A DNA stretch of 37,207 nucleotides from the IMG/VR virus record IMGVR_UViG_3300011438_000026, positions 1 to 37,207 of that record. One strand, written 5' to 3'. The translations under genes were made by a program, and so were the position numbers. The notes beneath the pieces are model-generated. The model made no database searches. It saw only the letters and a program-made list of their open reading frames with translations, and was not told the origin of the DNA. The DNA comes from a virus (taxonomy: Duplodnaviria > Caudoviricetes). Positions 1 to 9,357 of the stretch are shown piece after piece (position 1 is the first letter of the stretch; each line of letters opens with the position of its first letter).

Positions 1-576
1 ATGGCGTTCGACCAAATCGTGCGGGTTTACATCTCGCAGGTGACCCGCGCCGATACTGGCGATCCTAGCAAGATCACCGCGGCGTCTGCCTGGGAGCCGC
101 TGGTCTACGGCATCAAGTCGTTCATGATGCATCTCGGCCCGACCAAGTTCGGCAAGCCGATGCGCTGGGGCAACGTCGCTTCGGTTAACGTCTCTGGCCC
201 GGTGCCGGTCACCAACCCGGTCGGCCAGTTCCAGGTACTGCCGGTGCCGGAAGACAATATCCAGCATCCGACGCTCAGCTACATGCTGCGGTTCGAAGGC
301 CAGGCGCCGCTGTCGCCGCTCATTGCGCCGACCGACAGCTGCATCCTCGATTCCAAGGTGATCGTGCTGTTCGCCGCGGCCGAGATCCTGGCGGTGCAGA
401 AGAGCGAAGCTGCGCCAATGAAGCTGACCAAGGCGCAGAATGCGCTGCGCCGGATCCTGGCCGACCAGGGCGCCGACAAGCGCATCAACTACAACATGGG
501 CGGCAACTATCGCGGCGGCAACGACCCCGACAAGCACAGCCGCAGCGTCCCCTACATCGACTACATGCCCGGCTGA
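1..576 (+). CDS. Putative head-tail adaptor / tail tubular protein A-like (possibly 5'-truncated by the window edge)
   Basis: Lies immediately upstream of a nozzle-like gene in a podoviral virion operon; helical C-terminus (LDSKVIVLFAAAEILA...KAQNALRRI) is adaptor-like. The call is mostly positional. Confidence 0.45.
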   Translation: MAFDQIVRVYISQVTRADTGDPSKITAASAWEPLVYGIKSFMMHLGPTKFGKPMRWGNVASVNVSGPVPVTNPVGQFQVLPVPEDNIQHPTLSYMLRFEGQAPLSPLIAPTDSCILDSKVIVLFAAAEILAVQKSEAAPMKLTKAQNALRRILADQGADKRINYNMGGNYRGGNDPDKHSRSVPYIDYMPG

Positions 577-588
577 TGGAGGGCGTAG

Positions 589-2025
589 TTGCCGTACTTC
601 ACAATCACCGACTTCGCTGCCGGGTTGGATCTACGCAGGTCTGAGCTGACCGCGCCCGCGGGAACGCTGCGCAGCATGGTCAACGCCCACGTCACGCCAG
701 GCGGCGAGATCGAGAAGCGGATGGCCTTCGTGCCGTTCTGGAACGTCGACCCGGCGAGCCGGGGCCTCGTTGAAGTCAATCAAAAATTATATGCTTTTGG
801 CCCGAACGGCCCCTACAAGGTCGAGCCGCCGAGCGGCACCTGGTCGATCGGCGTGTTGGGCCAGCAGACCACGACGATCTACGAGATCGTCGACTACGAT
901 CTGTTCGACAACAAGGTGTTCACCATCCTGTGGAAGGACAACGTCGGCACGGTCGGCCGCTATTACGACGGCCTCGATCTGCCACTGGCGCGCGGCTTCT
1001 ATTGTCGTACTTACAAAAATAAAATGTACACGGTCGAGGGATCGATCTTGTACTTCTCGGCGATCGGCAACGCCGGCGATTGGTCCGGCATGGCGCCGCC
1101 GGATCCGACCAACTTCATTGACCTGTCGATGGGCGACAGCGACATGACCGACAGCGTGGCGTTGGAGGTCTACTACGACAAGCTGGCGATATTTTCTTCG
1201 ACCGCGGTGCAGTTGTGGATCATGGACCCGGACTTCACCAAGAACACCTACGTGCAGACCCTGCGCCAGGCCGGCACCACCGCCTGGCGCAGCGTGATGC
1301 AATATGGCTCCGGCGACGTGATGTACCTATCGCAGTCCGGCATCCGCAGCTTGCGCGCTCGCAACAGCTCGCTGGCTGCGGCGGTGTCCGATATCGGCTC
1401 GCCGCTCGACCCGCTGCTCCAGGATCTGTTCCGAGCCATGGGGCCGGACTGGATGAGCGGCACCATCGCCTTGTTGCAGCCGGTCACCGGAAGATTCTGG
1501 ATCATCATGGCCGGCACCAAGGCCGATGACGACGCGCCGATGACGTCGAAGATCTATGTGTTGAGCGCGTTCCCCGGACCGAAGATAACCGCCTGGAGCG
1601 AGTACGACGCCGGCTTTGTCATCACCGCCGCCTGCCTGCATCAGAACCGGGTGGTGGTGCGCGACGATCAAAACAAAGTCTATGCCTACGGCGGCATTTC
1701 CGACATCGGACCTGTCTACGACGACTGCCCGGTCGAGCTGGTGTTTCCGTTCCACGCTGGCGAGGGCGCGGCCACGGCCAAGACCTTCACTGGATTGGAT
1801 GCCGCCTGCACCGGCATCCCCTGGCAGGTGTCGGTGGCATTCAATATCGAGGATCCTGAGGTCGAGGACTACGTCGGCGAGTTCAACGGGCCGACTTTCA
1901 TGCAGGGCAAGATCGAGATCCACGGACGCTCGACCCATATGTCGATGCGGCTGCGCTCGCAGGAGCTTGGGCCGCAGACCCTGTCGAACATGGTGGTGCA
2001 TTACCAGACCGGAGAGGCGGGATGA
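589..2025 (+). CDS. Tail nozzle / DNA-stabilisation protein (P22 gp10 / T7 gp12-like)
   Basis: 478 aa, TTG start after GGAGGG RBS; N-terminus (ITDFAAGLDLRRS...LRSMVNAHVTPGGEIEKR) and beta-rich propeller-like body resemble podovirus nozzle proteins; position between adaptor and ejection genes. Confidence 0.7.
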   Translation: MPYFTITDFAAGLDLRRSELTAPAGTLRSMVNAHVTPGGEIEKRMAFVPFWNVDPASRGLVEVNQKLYAFGPNGPYKVEPPSGTWSIGVLGQQTTTIYEIVDYDLFDNKVFTILWKDNVGTVGRYYDGLDLPLARGFYCRTYKNKMYTVEGSILYFSAIGNAGDWSGMAPPDPTNFIDLSMGDSDMTDSVALEVYYDKLAIFSSTAVQLWIMDPDFTKNTYVQTLRQAGTTAWRSVMQYGSGDVMYLSQSGIRSLRARNSSLAAAVSDIGSPLDPLLQDLFRAMGPDWMSGTIALLQPVTGRFWIIMAGTKADDDAPMTSKIYVLSAFPGPKITAWSEYDAGFVITAACLHQNRVVVRDDQNKVYAYGGISDIGPVYDDCPVELVFPFHAGEGAATAKTFTGLDAACTGIPWQVSVAFNIEDPEVEDYVGEFNGPTFMQGKIEIHGRSTHMSMRLRSQELGPQTLSNMVVHYQTGEAG

Positions 2026-2540
2026 TCAACATCGCCGTCGCCGATCGCAGCATGGTTCAGGACGTGTTGTGGCGCCTGCGCGAGGACGACGCCGCGGAGA
2101 TGACCGCGGCCGGCACCGACATCGAGCGACTGGCGGCGCAGTTGATGCGGTTCAAGATGTTTGCGTTCTGCGCCTGGAGCCTCGACCACGGCCCGATCTC
2201 GGTGTGGGGCGCGATCCAGAAGCGCCAGGGCGTTTGCGCTGGATTTGCCTTCGGCACTGACGATTGGGGCCGCGCCGTGCTACCAATGGTGCGGCAGATC
2301 CGTAATTTCGTGCTGCCGCTGTTAATTGATTTAGGGATCCACCGCGTCGAGGCGGCGGCACTTCTGCGGCGCGATGACGTGCGGCGGTTCATGACTCTTA
2401 TTGGCGCCAAGGCCGAAGGCGTGTTGTCCGGCTACGGCACTGAAGGCGAGGACTTCGTTTCGTATAGGTGGCTGGCGGATGAATATGGCGGTAACCGAGC
2501 TGAAGCGGCCCAAGCGGACTGTGCGCACACCGCACATTAA
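2022..2540 (+). CDS. GNAT-fold virion assembly protein, T7 gp13 (internal virion protein A)-like
   Basis: LREDDAAEM motif at the N-terminus and VRRFMTLIGAKAEG near the C-terminus resemble gp13-type GNAT proteins; ATGA overlap with the nozzle gene. Confidence 0.65.
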   Translation: MINIAVADRSMVQDVLWRLREDDAAEMTAAGTDIERLAAQLMRFKMFAFCAWSLDHGPISVWGAIQKRQGVCAGFAFGTDDWGRAVLPMVRQIRNFVLPLLIDLGIHRVEAAALLRRDDVRRFMTLIGAKAEGVLSGYGTEGEDFVSYRWLADEYGGNRAEAAQADCAHTAH

Positions 2541-2997
2541 TATCCGGGTGGCCGACCCAGCTGACGCGACGATGATCGCCGACTTTCTCGGTCAATTTTT
2601 CGCGCGGTCGATTTGGACGCGCTATCTGAATTTCCACCATGAACGCACCCGGATCTATCTAGCCCACGCACTCGGCAGTCCGTTCGCGATGTATGCCATC
2701 GCGCTGGATACCCGCGACGACAACAAGCTGGTCGGGATCTGCTCCTACCATGTCTATGGCGTATTCTCCGATCCGATGGCGGTGATGGACGAAACCTACA
2801 CCAGCCCGAAATATCATCGCACCGACTTGGGCCGGCGGCTGGTCGGCATGGCGATCGACATGGCCCGCGCCGACGGCTGCAAGGTGATGAACTTTCCCAT
2901 CTGTAGCGGCATGAAAGAGCAGAACTCGCTGATGAACATGGTCGGCCGGCACTTCGGCGCTGAGCCGATCGGCATGATTTTTCGAAAGGCACTGTGA
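2485..2997 (+). CDS. GNAT family N-acetyltransferase
   Basis: INIRVADPADA start, KLVGIC strand and acetyl-CoA motif A-like YTSPKYHRTDLGRRLVGMAIDMARADGC; start placed at ATG 2485 (2479 also possible) rather than the TTG at 2401. Confidence 0.8.
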   Translation: MAVTELKRPKRTVRTPHINIRVADPADATMIADFLGQFFARSIWTRYLNFHHERTRIYLAHALGSPFAMYAIALDTRDDNKLVGICSYHVYGVFSDPMAVMDETYTSPKYHRTDLGRRLVGMAIDMARADGCKVMNFPICSGMKEQNSLMNMVGRHFGAEPIGMIFRKAL

Positions 2998-3380
2998 TGG
3001 GTGGCAAAGGTTCAGGCGGCGCACCTCCCGGCGGCGACGCGATCACCTGGGGGCCGCTGGCAAGACAGAACGGCTGGGGCTGGGACAAAGAGCAACCGGC
3101 GCCGGCCGCGGCAGCGGCGGCCGAAGCCGAACCCATGGCCATGACCGCGCCTGAGCCAGAAGTTGCGCCGACACCGGCCGCGGCGATGGCGCCACAGGCG
3201 CAGGGGCCGATCGGCGATCCGATCTCGCCGGGCCAGGCCACCGACGGTAAAATCACCACCACGCCAGACACCGGCAGCAAATTGGCGCAGACGATCATGG
3301 CGCCGGCGATGTGGACCGATCAATTGAAAACTCCGGGCCTCAACGGCTCCGGCAGCATGCAGACAACCGGACAGGTGTAA
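2997..3380 (+). CDS. Small Pro/Ala-rich putative internal virion protein, MGGKG N-terminus (paralog 1)
   Basis: ATG at 2997 overlaps the GNAT stop (TGATG); begins MGGKGSGG; shares a C-terminal TGxxxAxTxxxP..W motif with the next two ORFs. Confidence 0.6.
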   Translation: MGGKGSGGAPPGGDAITWGPLARQNGWGWDKEQPAPAAAAAAEAEPMAMTAPEPEVAPTPAAAMAPQAQGPIGDPISPGQATDGKITTTPDTGSKLAQTIMAPAMWTDQLKTPGLNGSGSMQTTGQV

Positions 3381-3382
3381 CC

Positions 3383-3730
3383 ATGCCATGGACTGACATA
3401 GGCGGTAACTACCACTGGGGAGCGGGTGAACCAGGCTGGACGGCGGCGCCGGAACCAGCGCCAGCACCAGAGGCGCCACTGAACCTGCCGATGAAACCGA
3501 CGTATATGGCGCCGCCGGCGCCGGTCGCGCCGCCGGTGGCCGCGCCGGCTGCTCCGCCGGCGCCAGTTGCGCCGCTCGGCCCGGCGATCTCGGCCGGCGG
3601 CCCGATCGGTCCAATACCGATCACCACCGGCGACAAGTTGGCGTCGACCCTGTTACCGCCGCCGGCACATTGGCTGAGCCAACCGAAAGCGAAAAACAAC
3701 ACCCTCGGCAATATCAGCATAAGCAAGTAG
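3383..3730 (+). CDS. Small Pro/Ala-rich putative internal virion protein (paralog 2)
   Basis: ATG 2 nt after the preceding stop (MPWTDIGG...); contains TTGDKLASTLLPPPAHW, shared in pattern with its neighbours. Confidence 0.55.
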   Translation: MPWTDIGGNYHWGAGEPGWTAAPEPAPAPEAPLNLPMKPTYMAPPAPVAPPVAAPAAPPAPVAPLGPAISAGGPIGPIPITTGDKLASTLLPPPAHWLSQPKAKNNTLGNISISK

Positions 3731-3738
3731 GAGCAGTC

Positions 3739-4083
3739 ATGGGCGGCAAGGGCGGCGGCGGCGGCAACTACTACAATCCACCTCCTGACACGTCGGGCTA
3801 TTCGACGCTGGAAGAAGCCGAGAAGACGTTGAAGAACACGGCGCCGGTCGACATGTCCGGCTACCAGTCGAACATCAATGTCAAGAAGGCGGCGGCCGAT
3901 GCCACGGCGAAACCCGAAGACACTTCAAAACCGGATCCGCTGACCGTGCCGGGTGAGGGCGTGTCCGGCACCGAGACTACCCCAGACACTGGTGCTTTAG
4001 CCGCCAAGACGGTGCTGACACCGCCGGGGTTCTGGGCAGACTACGGCAAGCAGGCGCCGATCGATCCAAACGCGCAAGTATGA
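3739..4083 (+). CDS. Small putative internal virion protein, MGGKG N-terminus (paralog 3)
   Basis: AGGAG RBS then ATG at 3739 (MGGKGGGGGNYY); contains TTPDTGALAAKTVLTPPGFW. Confidence 0.6.
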   Translation: MGGKGGGGGNYYNPPPDTSGYSTLEEAEKTLKNTAPVDMSGYQSNINVKKAAADATAKPEDTSKPDPLTVPGEGVSGTETTPDTGALAAKTVLTPPGFWADYGKQAPIDPNAQV

Positions 4084-4092
4084 GGTGACGAC

Positions 4093-4743
4093 ATGGGCGG
4101 CAAAGGCGGAAGCGGACCATCGAATAACCAGGCCGTGCAGCTGCAAATGCAGCAAGCACAAGAGGCCAAGGACAAAGAGAACCTGCGCCAGGCCCGGCTC
4201 AACCAGGGCAAGACGGCGATCGATTCGATCTTCGGCAACGAGAACTTCGGCGATCCCTTCTATGAGAAGTATCGCAAGGCCGGCCTCGATTACACGCTGC
4301 CGCAGTTGCAGAGCCAGTACGGCGAGGCCAAGCGCACCGCCGAAGCTGACCTGGCGCGGGCCGGGCTGTTACGATCCGGCGCCGCCGGTTTCGTGCAGAA
4401 CAAGCTGACCGAGCAGTTGGGGGTCAACGAGGCGGGGCTGCGCGCCAAGGCCGACACCGACACGGCCGAGCTGCGCAAGAGCATCGCCGCGCAACAGCAG
4501 CAAGCCTACAACCAGCTGTACGCCACCGAGGATCCGACCGTCGCCGCCAACACCGCGGCGAACTCGGCCGGCAACGCGCAGCTGACGCAACCGAATGTCA
4601 GCGCGCTCGGCGACATGTTCAAGCCGATTGCGATCGGCTTGGGATCGGCGGTCGCGCCAGTGATCGGTCAGAGTGAGAACAATCGTCTGCTCTCCGCTGC
4701 CAGCGGCCGCGGGCAAGGCAACATCACCAACACGCCGAGCTAA
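4093..4743 (+). CDS. DNA ejection protein, P22 gp7-like N-terminus (MGGKGGSG)
   Basis: GAGGTG RBS; GGKGG N-terminus, Gln/Ala-rich helical body, LARAGLLRSG motif and hydrophobic C-terminal segment typical of small ejection proteins. Confidence 0.6.
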   Translation: MGGKGGSGPSNNQAVQLQMQQAQEAKDKENLRQARLNQGKTAIDSIFGNENFGDPFYEKYRKAGLDYTLPQLQSQYGEAKRTAEADLARAGLLRSGAAGFVQNKLTEQLGVNEAGLRAKADTDTAELRKSIAAQQQQAYNQLYATEDPTVAANTAANSAGNAQLTQPNVSALGDMFKPIAIGLGSAVAPVIGQSENNRLLSAASGRGQGNITNTPS

Positions 4744-4746
4744 CTC

Positions 4747-5445
4747 ATGTGCGACCCGATCTCGATCATTGGCCTGGGCTTCTCGATCGGCATGTCGATG
4801 TACAACATGCAGCAGCAAGCCGACATGGCGAACCAGCAGAATGCTGCCAATGATCAATGGGTCGCCTACCAGCGCCGGCAGTCGCAGGAATACGCGCAGC
4901 GCGACGAGAGCCTGCGCAAGAACGCCGAGGCGGCGCGCGAAGGGTCGCTCGACGAGTTGAGCGCCGGCAAGCAGACCGCGGCGCAAGAGGATGAAGCCAA
5001 GCGGTTAACCACGGCACTGACGCCGGAGGAGCTGGCCAACCAGGCCAAGGGCGATCCGAACGCGCTCGCCGGCGCCATGTTCTCCGGCCAGCTGAATGGC
5101 TCCCAGGAGATGCGCTCGGCAATCCAGGGCCACATCCAGCAGGCGGCGATCGCGGCGCGCAAGCGCATTGCGGCGCTGGCCGATGTGCAGTCCTATGGCG
5201 GCTCGCAGTATGGCCTGACCAACCGCGCCAACAGCATCTTCAACACCGCGGGCCAGGACATCCGCCTGGCTGGCAACGAGCGCGCTGGCTCGCTCTCGGC
5301 CTACAACATCGCCAAGGCGGTCGAGCCGATCAAGATCGTGCAGCACGGCGGCGGCAGCGCCGCCGGTGGCCTGGCGCAAGCCGGCGCGCAGATCGCCGGC
5401 CAGGGCCTCGGCAACGCGCTGGCCAGGAACATGGGGAGCGCCTGA
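4747..5445 (+). CDS. Internal virion / ejection protein, T7 gp14-like
   Basis: MCDP start followed by a hydrophobic Gly-rich segment and a Gln-rich coiled coil; Gly/Ala-rich C-terminus. This is the gp14-type pattern. Confidence 0.65.
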   Translation: MCDPISIIGLGFSIGMSMYNMQQQADMANQQNAANDQWVAYQRRQSQEYAQRDESLRKNAEAAREGSLDELSAGKQTAAQEDEAKRLTTALTPEELANQAKGDPNALAGAMFSGQLNGSQEMRSAIQGHIQQAAIAARKRIAALADVQSYGGSQYGLTNRANSIFNTAGQDIRLAGNERAGSLSAYNIAKAVEPIKIVQHGGGSAAGGLAQAGAQIAGQGLGNALARNMGSA

Positions 5446-7160
5446 TGGGTTCGGAGTGGGTAGAAAATCCATGGTGGGGCAACTGGGCCACCGGCCTGGC
5501 CAAGAGCATCAACGCCGCGCCCGGCGTGGCGCTGCACAACACCGCCGCGGTCGAAGGGATCCTAAAGGCGCGCGAAGAGCGCGCCCGCGAGCAGGCCAAG
5601 TGGGATGCCGCGCAGAAGGCCAGCGAAGCCGGCGTCGCCGCCGTGCCGGAAGCCACTGTGGCGCCGAGCATGCGCGACGTCAGTGTGGAGAACCAGGGGC
5701 CGGTCAACCCGGAAGACCCAACCACCAAGCCTGGCGAGATCTTCCTGCCGCCGACCACGGTGCAGGAATCCTTCATCGACCCGCGGGCGTTAGCGGCAGC
5801 CAAAGCCCGCGCGGAAGCGGCGAAAGCAGGTATCAGGGCGACACTGCTGAGCGACCCGTCGAAGTGGGCGCCGCAAGTGACACATGGCGAGGTCGCCGCC
5901 GCCGGCATGCCGACCGATCCGCGGCGGCGCGCCGAACAGCAATTCCAGGCCAGCGGCCGGTGGCCGACCGCGGAAGAATCCAAGACCCCGAACGCGCAGA
6001 ACTTCGTGGTGGTCGACGCCGAAGGCAAGTCCACCGGCCAGGGCTATGCCTCGCTCAATGGCGGCCGGACCGCCGTCGACGGCACACCGATCCGGTTGCG
6101 GCCGGGCGACCGGATCATGGAGTCCGGCGCGGCACCGCTGGCCCAGCCGAATCCGATCGAGTCGGCGCCGATTGCGCAGAACAACTTCAACCAACTGGCC
6201 GAGAAGATCCTGGCCAAGGTCGCCGCCAACCAGCCGATCTCGAATGCCGAGCTGAACGCGGCGCGCGCCATGCGCGACGCCGGCTGGCAGCGCAAGGTTC
6301 GCTTCAGCACCGACCCGGAGACTGGCCGGGAGATCACCCAGCCGCACTACGACATCGTGCCGCCCGAAGCCGGCGCGGCCGGGCAACTGTTCCGCCTGCT
6401 GGCCGCGGTCGACCAGGAGCGACCCGCAACCTCTGGCGGTGCCGCGGCGGCTGCGCCCGCGGCCACGACTGCACCGGCAGTTACCGGCGGCGGCGCCTCG
6501 ACCGGCGCGCCGGTCCCGCCGCCGTTGCCAGTACCGTTGACCGGCCCCAAGACCATGAGCGGCACGGGTGATCCCAAGCCGGTGGTGGCCGAATACATGC
6601 GGTCGCCGGTGGTGCATTCCTACGAAAACGCCAAGACCGGCTACGCCACCTTCATTGGCAACCTGCCGTTCAACAACCAAACTTCCGACCTGGCGATGAT
6701 CATTGGCGCCGCCAAGATCCTCGACCCGCCGTCAGTGGTGCGCGAAGGCGAAGTCGAGAACGTCCGCAAGACCGGCGGCGTGATGGATCGATTTATCGGC
6801 CAATTGCAGGGGTTGAAGGGTGAAGCTAGGTTGCCGCCGCCGGTGCGCATGCAGTTGTGGAATATGGTCCACGCTGCGATGACCGAACACAACGCCAACG
6901 TGAAGCCGATCTACGAACAGCATGCCGTGCAACTAACTGACCGCCAGGTCGACCACAAGAAGTACCTGCCACCGATCCTCGACTTAAAGCCGGTCGACGC
7001 CAACTACGTCAGCACCCAAAGCGGCCGGGTCGACCCGTCGGGCAAGGCGCCGAAGGGTGCCGCCGCGCCGGGAACGACGACGACAACCACAAGCGCCGAC
7101 AAGCCGGTGCCGACGCAAGACGACATCGAAAAGCTGCGCCGCAAGTTAGGGGGCCAGTGA
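5445..7160 (+). CDS. Large DNA ejection (internal core) protein
   Basis: 571 aa, TGATG-coupled; contains SDLAMIIGAAKILDPPSVVREGE, resembling a motif recurrent in podoviral ejection proteins; Ala/Pro-rich linkers. Confidence 0.6.
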   Translation: MGSEWVENPWWGNWATGLAKSINAAPGVALHNTAAVEGILKAREERAREQAKWDAAQKASEAGVAAVPEATVAPSMRDVSVENQGPVNPEDPTTKPGEIFLPPTTVQESFIDPRALAAAKARAEAAKAGIRATLLSDPSKWAPQVTHGEVAAAGMPTDPRRRAEQQFQASGRWPTAEESKTPNAQNFVVVDAEGKSTGQGYASLNGGRTAVDGTPIRLRPGDRIMESGAAPLAQPNPIESAPIAQNNFNQLAEKILAKVAANQPISNAELNAARAMRDAGWQRKVRFSTDPETGREITQPHYDIVPPEAGAAGQLFRLLAAVDQERPATSGGAAAAAPAATTAPAVTGGGASTGAPVPPPLPVPLTGPKTMSGTGDPKPVVAEYMRSPVVHSYENAKTGYATFIGNLPFNNQTSDLAMIIGAAKILDPPSVVREGEVENVRKTGGVMDRFIGQLQGLKGEARLPPPVRMQLWNMVHAAMTEHNANVKPIYEQHAVQLTDRQVDHKKYLPPILDLKPVDANYVSTQSGRVDPSGKAPKGAAAPGTTTTTTSADKPVPTQDDIEKLRRKLGGQ

Positions 7161-7161
7161 G

Positions 7162-9357
7162 ATGGCAGAGCCAAAATTCGAGGACGTCGCCGCCTGGCTG
7201 ATGGAGAACTCCGACAAGGAGGGCACCAGCGACTACGTCCACATGACCGGCGCGTTCAAGGCGCTCGACCCGAAGCGGCAGACTGAGGCCAAGGCGCCGA
7301 CCAAGACCTGGAGCGAGGACATGCTCGGCCGCGCCAAGCTCGCTTTCGGTATGGCGCCGGAAGACCACGCCAAGGCCGGCGGCGCCGAGGACGTGCCCAA
7401 CTTGGAAGACATCCTGGCGGCCAAGCGCCTGACCTCGGATCCGTACAGCGCCGAGAACACGGCTGACCGGGTACTGACCGGCGCGATCGGCGGCATCCCG
7501 GACGTCGGCATTGGCCTCTACAACGCCGGCGCGCGGACGATCGGCAGCCCGGAATCACAGGTGCCCTATCTCACACCACAGATGCAAGAGAACGCCGGCG
7601 CGGCACCGCTGCCGGCCGATGCTCCGTTATGGCGGCAGCTATCCGAAGCCGGCGGCAGCGCCTTCCTCGGTGGCGGTGCCGGCGCCGGCGCCACGGCCTT
7701 GAATACGGCGCGCGCCGCCGGCACCGGAGTGGCCGGCACGGTGGCGCGGGTGGCGGCGCCGACCGTGGTGCCGACCCTGACCGGCGCAGCGGGTGGCGAG
7801 GCCGGTGGCTGGGCCGGCAAGGCCCTCGGTGACGAGGAAACCGGGCGCTTGCTCGGCTCCCTGCTCGGCGGCTCGGCCACGTCGATCGGTCCCGCCGCGC
7901 GGTCGATCACCCATCAACTGTACGCCAGCAAGGGCCGGCCCGACGCGCCGTTCATCATGCAAGCGGCCGAGCGCCAGGGCGTCACCCCGACCGCCGGCAT
8001 GCTGGCCACCGACCGGCCCGGCATATTCGGCAACGACTCCGTGGTGCGCCGCGAGCAGCGGTTCTCTGGCTTGCCCGGCAGCGCGGATATTATTCAGCAG
8101 GCTCGCACCAACGCCCGCACCGGAATCGGCGACGCCTACGACGCCTCGGCGGCGGCGCGCGGCGCCGTCGACGTGCAGCCGACCCCAGGCACGATCGGCG
8201 CCAAGGTCAATGTCGCGGCGCGCGAGAGCGCCGAGGCGCTGCGCGGCGCGTCCGATGCGCGGCAGGGGTTGCTGCAAGAGTGGATTGGCGCCGACTCGCC
8301 GGTGAATGTCAGCCCGATATTCCGGCGCGGCTACGACATGGTGGCTGATCCGGCCGCCAATCTCACGCCATCACAACGTCAGGGGATCGACGCCAGGCTG
8401 ACCGATCAACTGATGCCGCTGGTCACTCGCAACGCTGCCGGCGATCCGATACCGCCACCCGGTATGGGCCACAACGGCGGGCCGCCGATGGCGGGAGAGA
8501 CGGCACCCTACGGCTTCGTCCGCGGCTTCCGCACCGAGCTTGGCCAGGCGATCGATACACCGGCCGGCGGCCGGCTGCCGCCGGCTAGCGCGCTGTACGA
8601 GCCGACCACCACGGCGATGCGCGACACCGCGCAGCGTAGCGGCGTGGACCCACGCGACTTCAATACCATCCAAAACCAGACCCGCGCGGTCGAGCGCACC
8701 ACGCCGGAGGTGCCGGGTGGACCGATCGGCGACTACCCGACCCTGCAACGCTACATCAACGAAGATCCGGCCAAAGCCTACAACTACCTGGAGCGCGGCC
8801 GGCAAGACCCGGCGGTGCCGGGGATCCTGGAAGCCACCGGGCACCCCGCTGTCGGTGAAATCTTCGGCGACCTGATGCGCAAGCTCGGCCTGGAGAACAT
8901 CAACAACCCGCAAGGTGGCGCCCGCGGTCCGGCCAACTTCGACAACACCTGGACCCGGATGCATCCAGAATCGCGCGAGACAATGCTCGGACCGGAGCTT
9001 GGCAACGTGTCCGACCAGGTCGCCCTGGCACGAGCGTTGAACATTCCAACCCAGCAGACCGGCTTGACCCGCGCACTCGGCGGCCAGGGCGATTCCGTCG
9101 CCAACAAGGTGGTCGGCAGCGAGGCGCTCGGTCACCTCGGCAACTACCTGGCCGGACCGCTCGGCGCCGTACTCGGCCGGATCCTCGGCGTGGTCGGCCC
9201 GTCCGGTTTCCGCGGCCAGCGGGCCAGTGTCATGGAAGGCCCGACTGCGCGTAACGCCATGGCCGGGCGCCCTGGGCCAGCCGGCATCGATCAACTGAGC
9301 GCGGCGCTTGCCGCCATTCAAGCTGAGAACCAACAGAACCGACCACCGGCACCCTGA
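7162..9357 (+). CDS. Large DNA ejection protein
   Basis: 731 aa with Gly/Ala-rich, possibly membrane-inserting segments (GGSAFLGGGAGAG, GRLLGSLLGG, GPLGAVLGRILG); operon position. Confidence 0.6.
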   Translation: MAEPKFEDVAAWLMENSDKEGTSDYVHMTGAFKALDPKRQTEAKAPTKTWSEDMLGRAKLAFGMAPEDHAKAGGAEDVPNLEDILAAKRLTSDPYSAENTADRVLTGAIGGIPDVGIGLYNAGARTIGSPESQVPYLTPQMQENAGAAPLPADAPLWRQLSEAGGSAFLGGGAGAGATALNTARAAGTGVAGTVARVAAPTVVPTLTGAAGGEAGGWAGKALGDEETGRLLGSLLGGSATSIGPAARSITHQLYASKGRPDAPFIMQAAERQGVTPTAGMLATDRPGIFGNDSVVRREQRFSGLPGSADIIQQARTNARTGIGDAYDASAAARGAVDVQPTPGTIGAKVNVAARESAEALRGASDARQGLLQEWIGADSPVNVSPIFRRGYDMVADPAANLTPSQRQGIDARLTDQLMPLVTRNAAGDPIPPPGMGHNGGPPMAGETAPYGFVRGFRTELGQAIDTPAGGRLPPASALYEPTTTAMRDTAQRSGVDPRDFNTIQNQTRAVERTTPEVPGGPIGDYPTLQRYINEDPAKAYNYLERGRQDPAVPGILEATGHPAVGEIFGDLMRKLGLENINNPQGGARGPANFDNTWTRMHPESRETMLGPELGNVSDQVALARALNIPTQQTGLTRALGGQGDSVANKVVGSEALGHLGNYLAGPLGAVLGRILGVVGPSGFRGQRASVMEGPTARNAMAGRPGPAGIDQLSAALAAIQAENQQNRPPAP

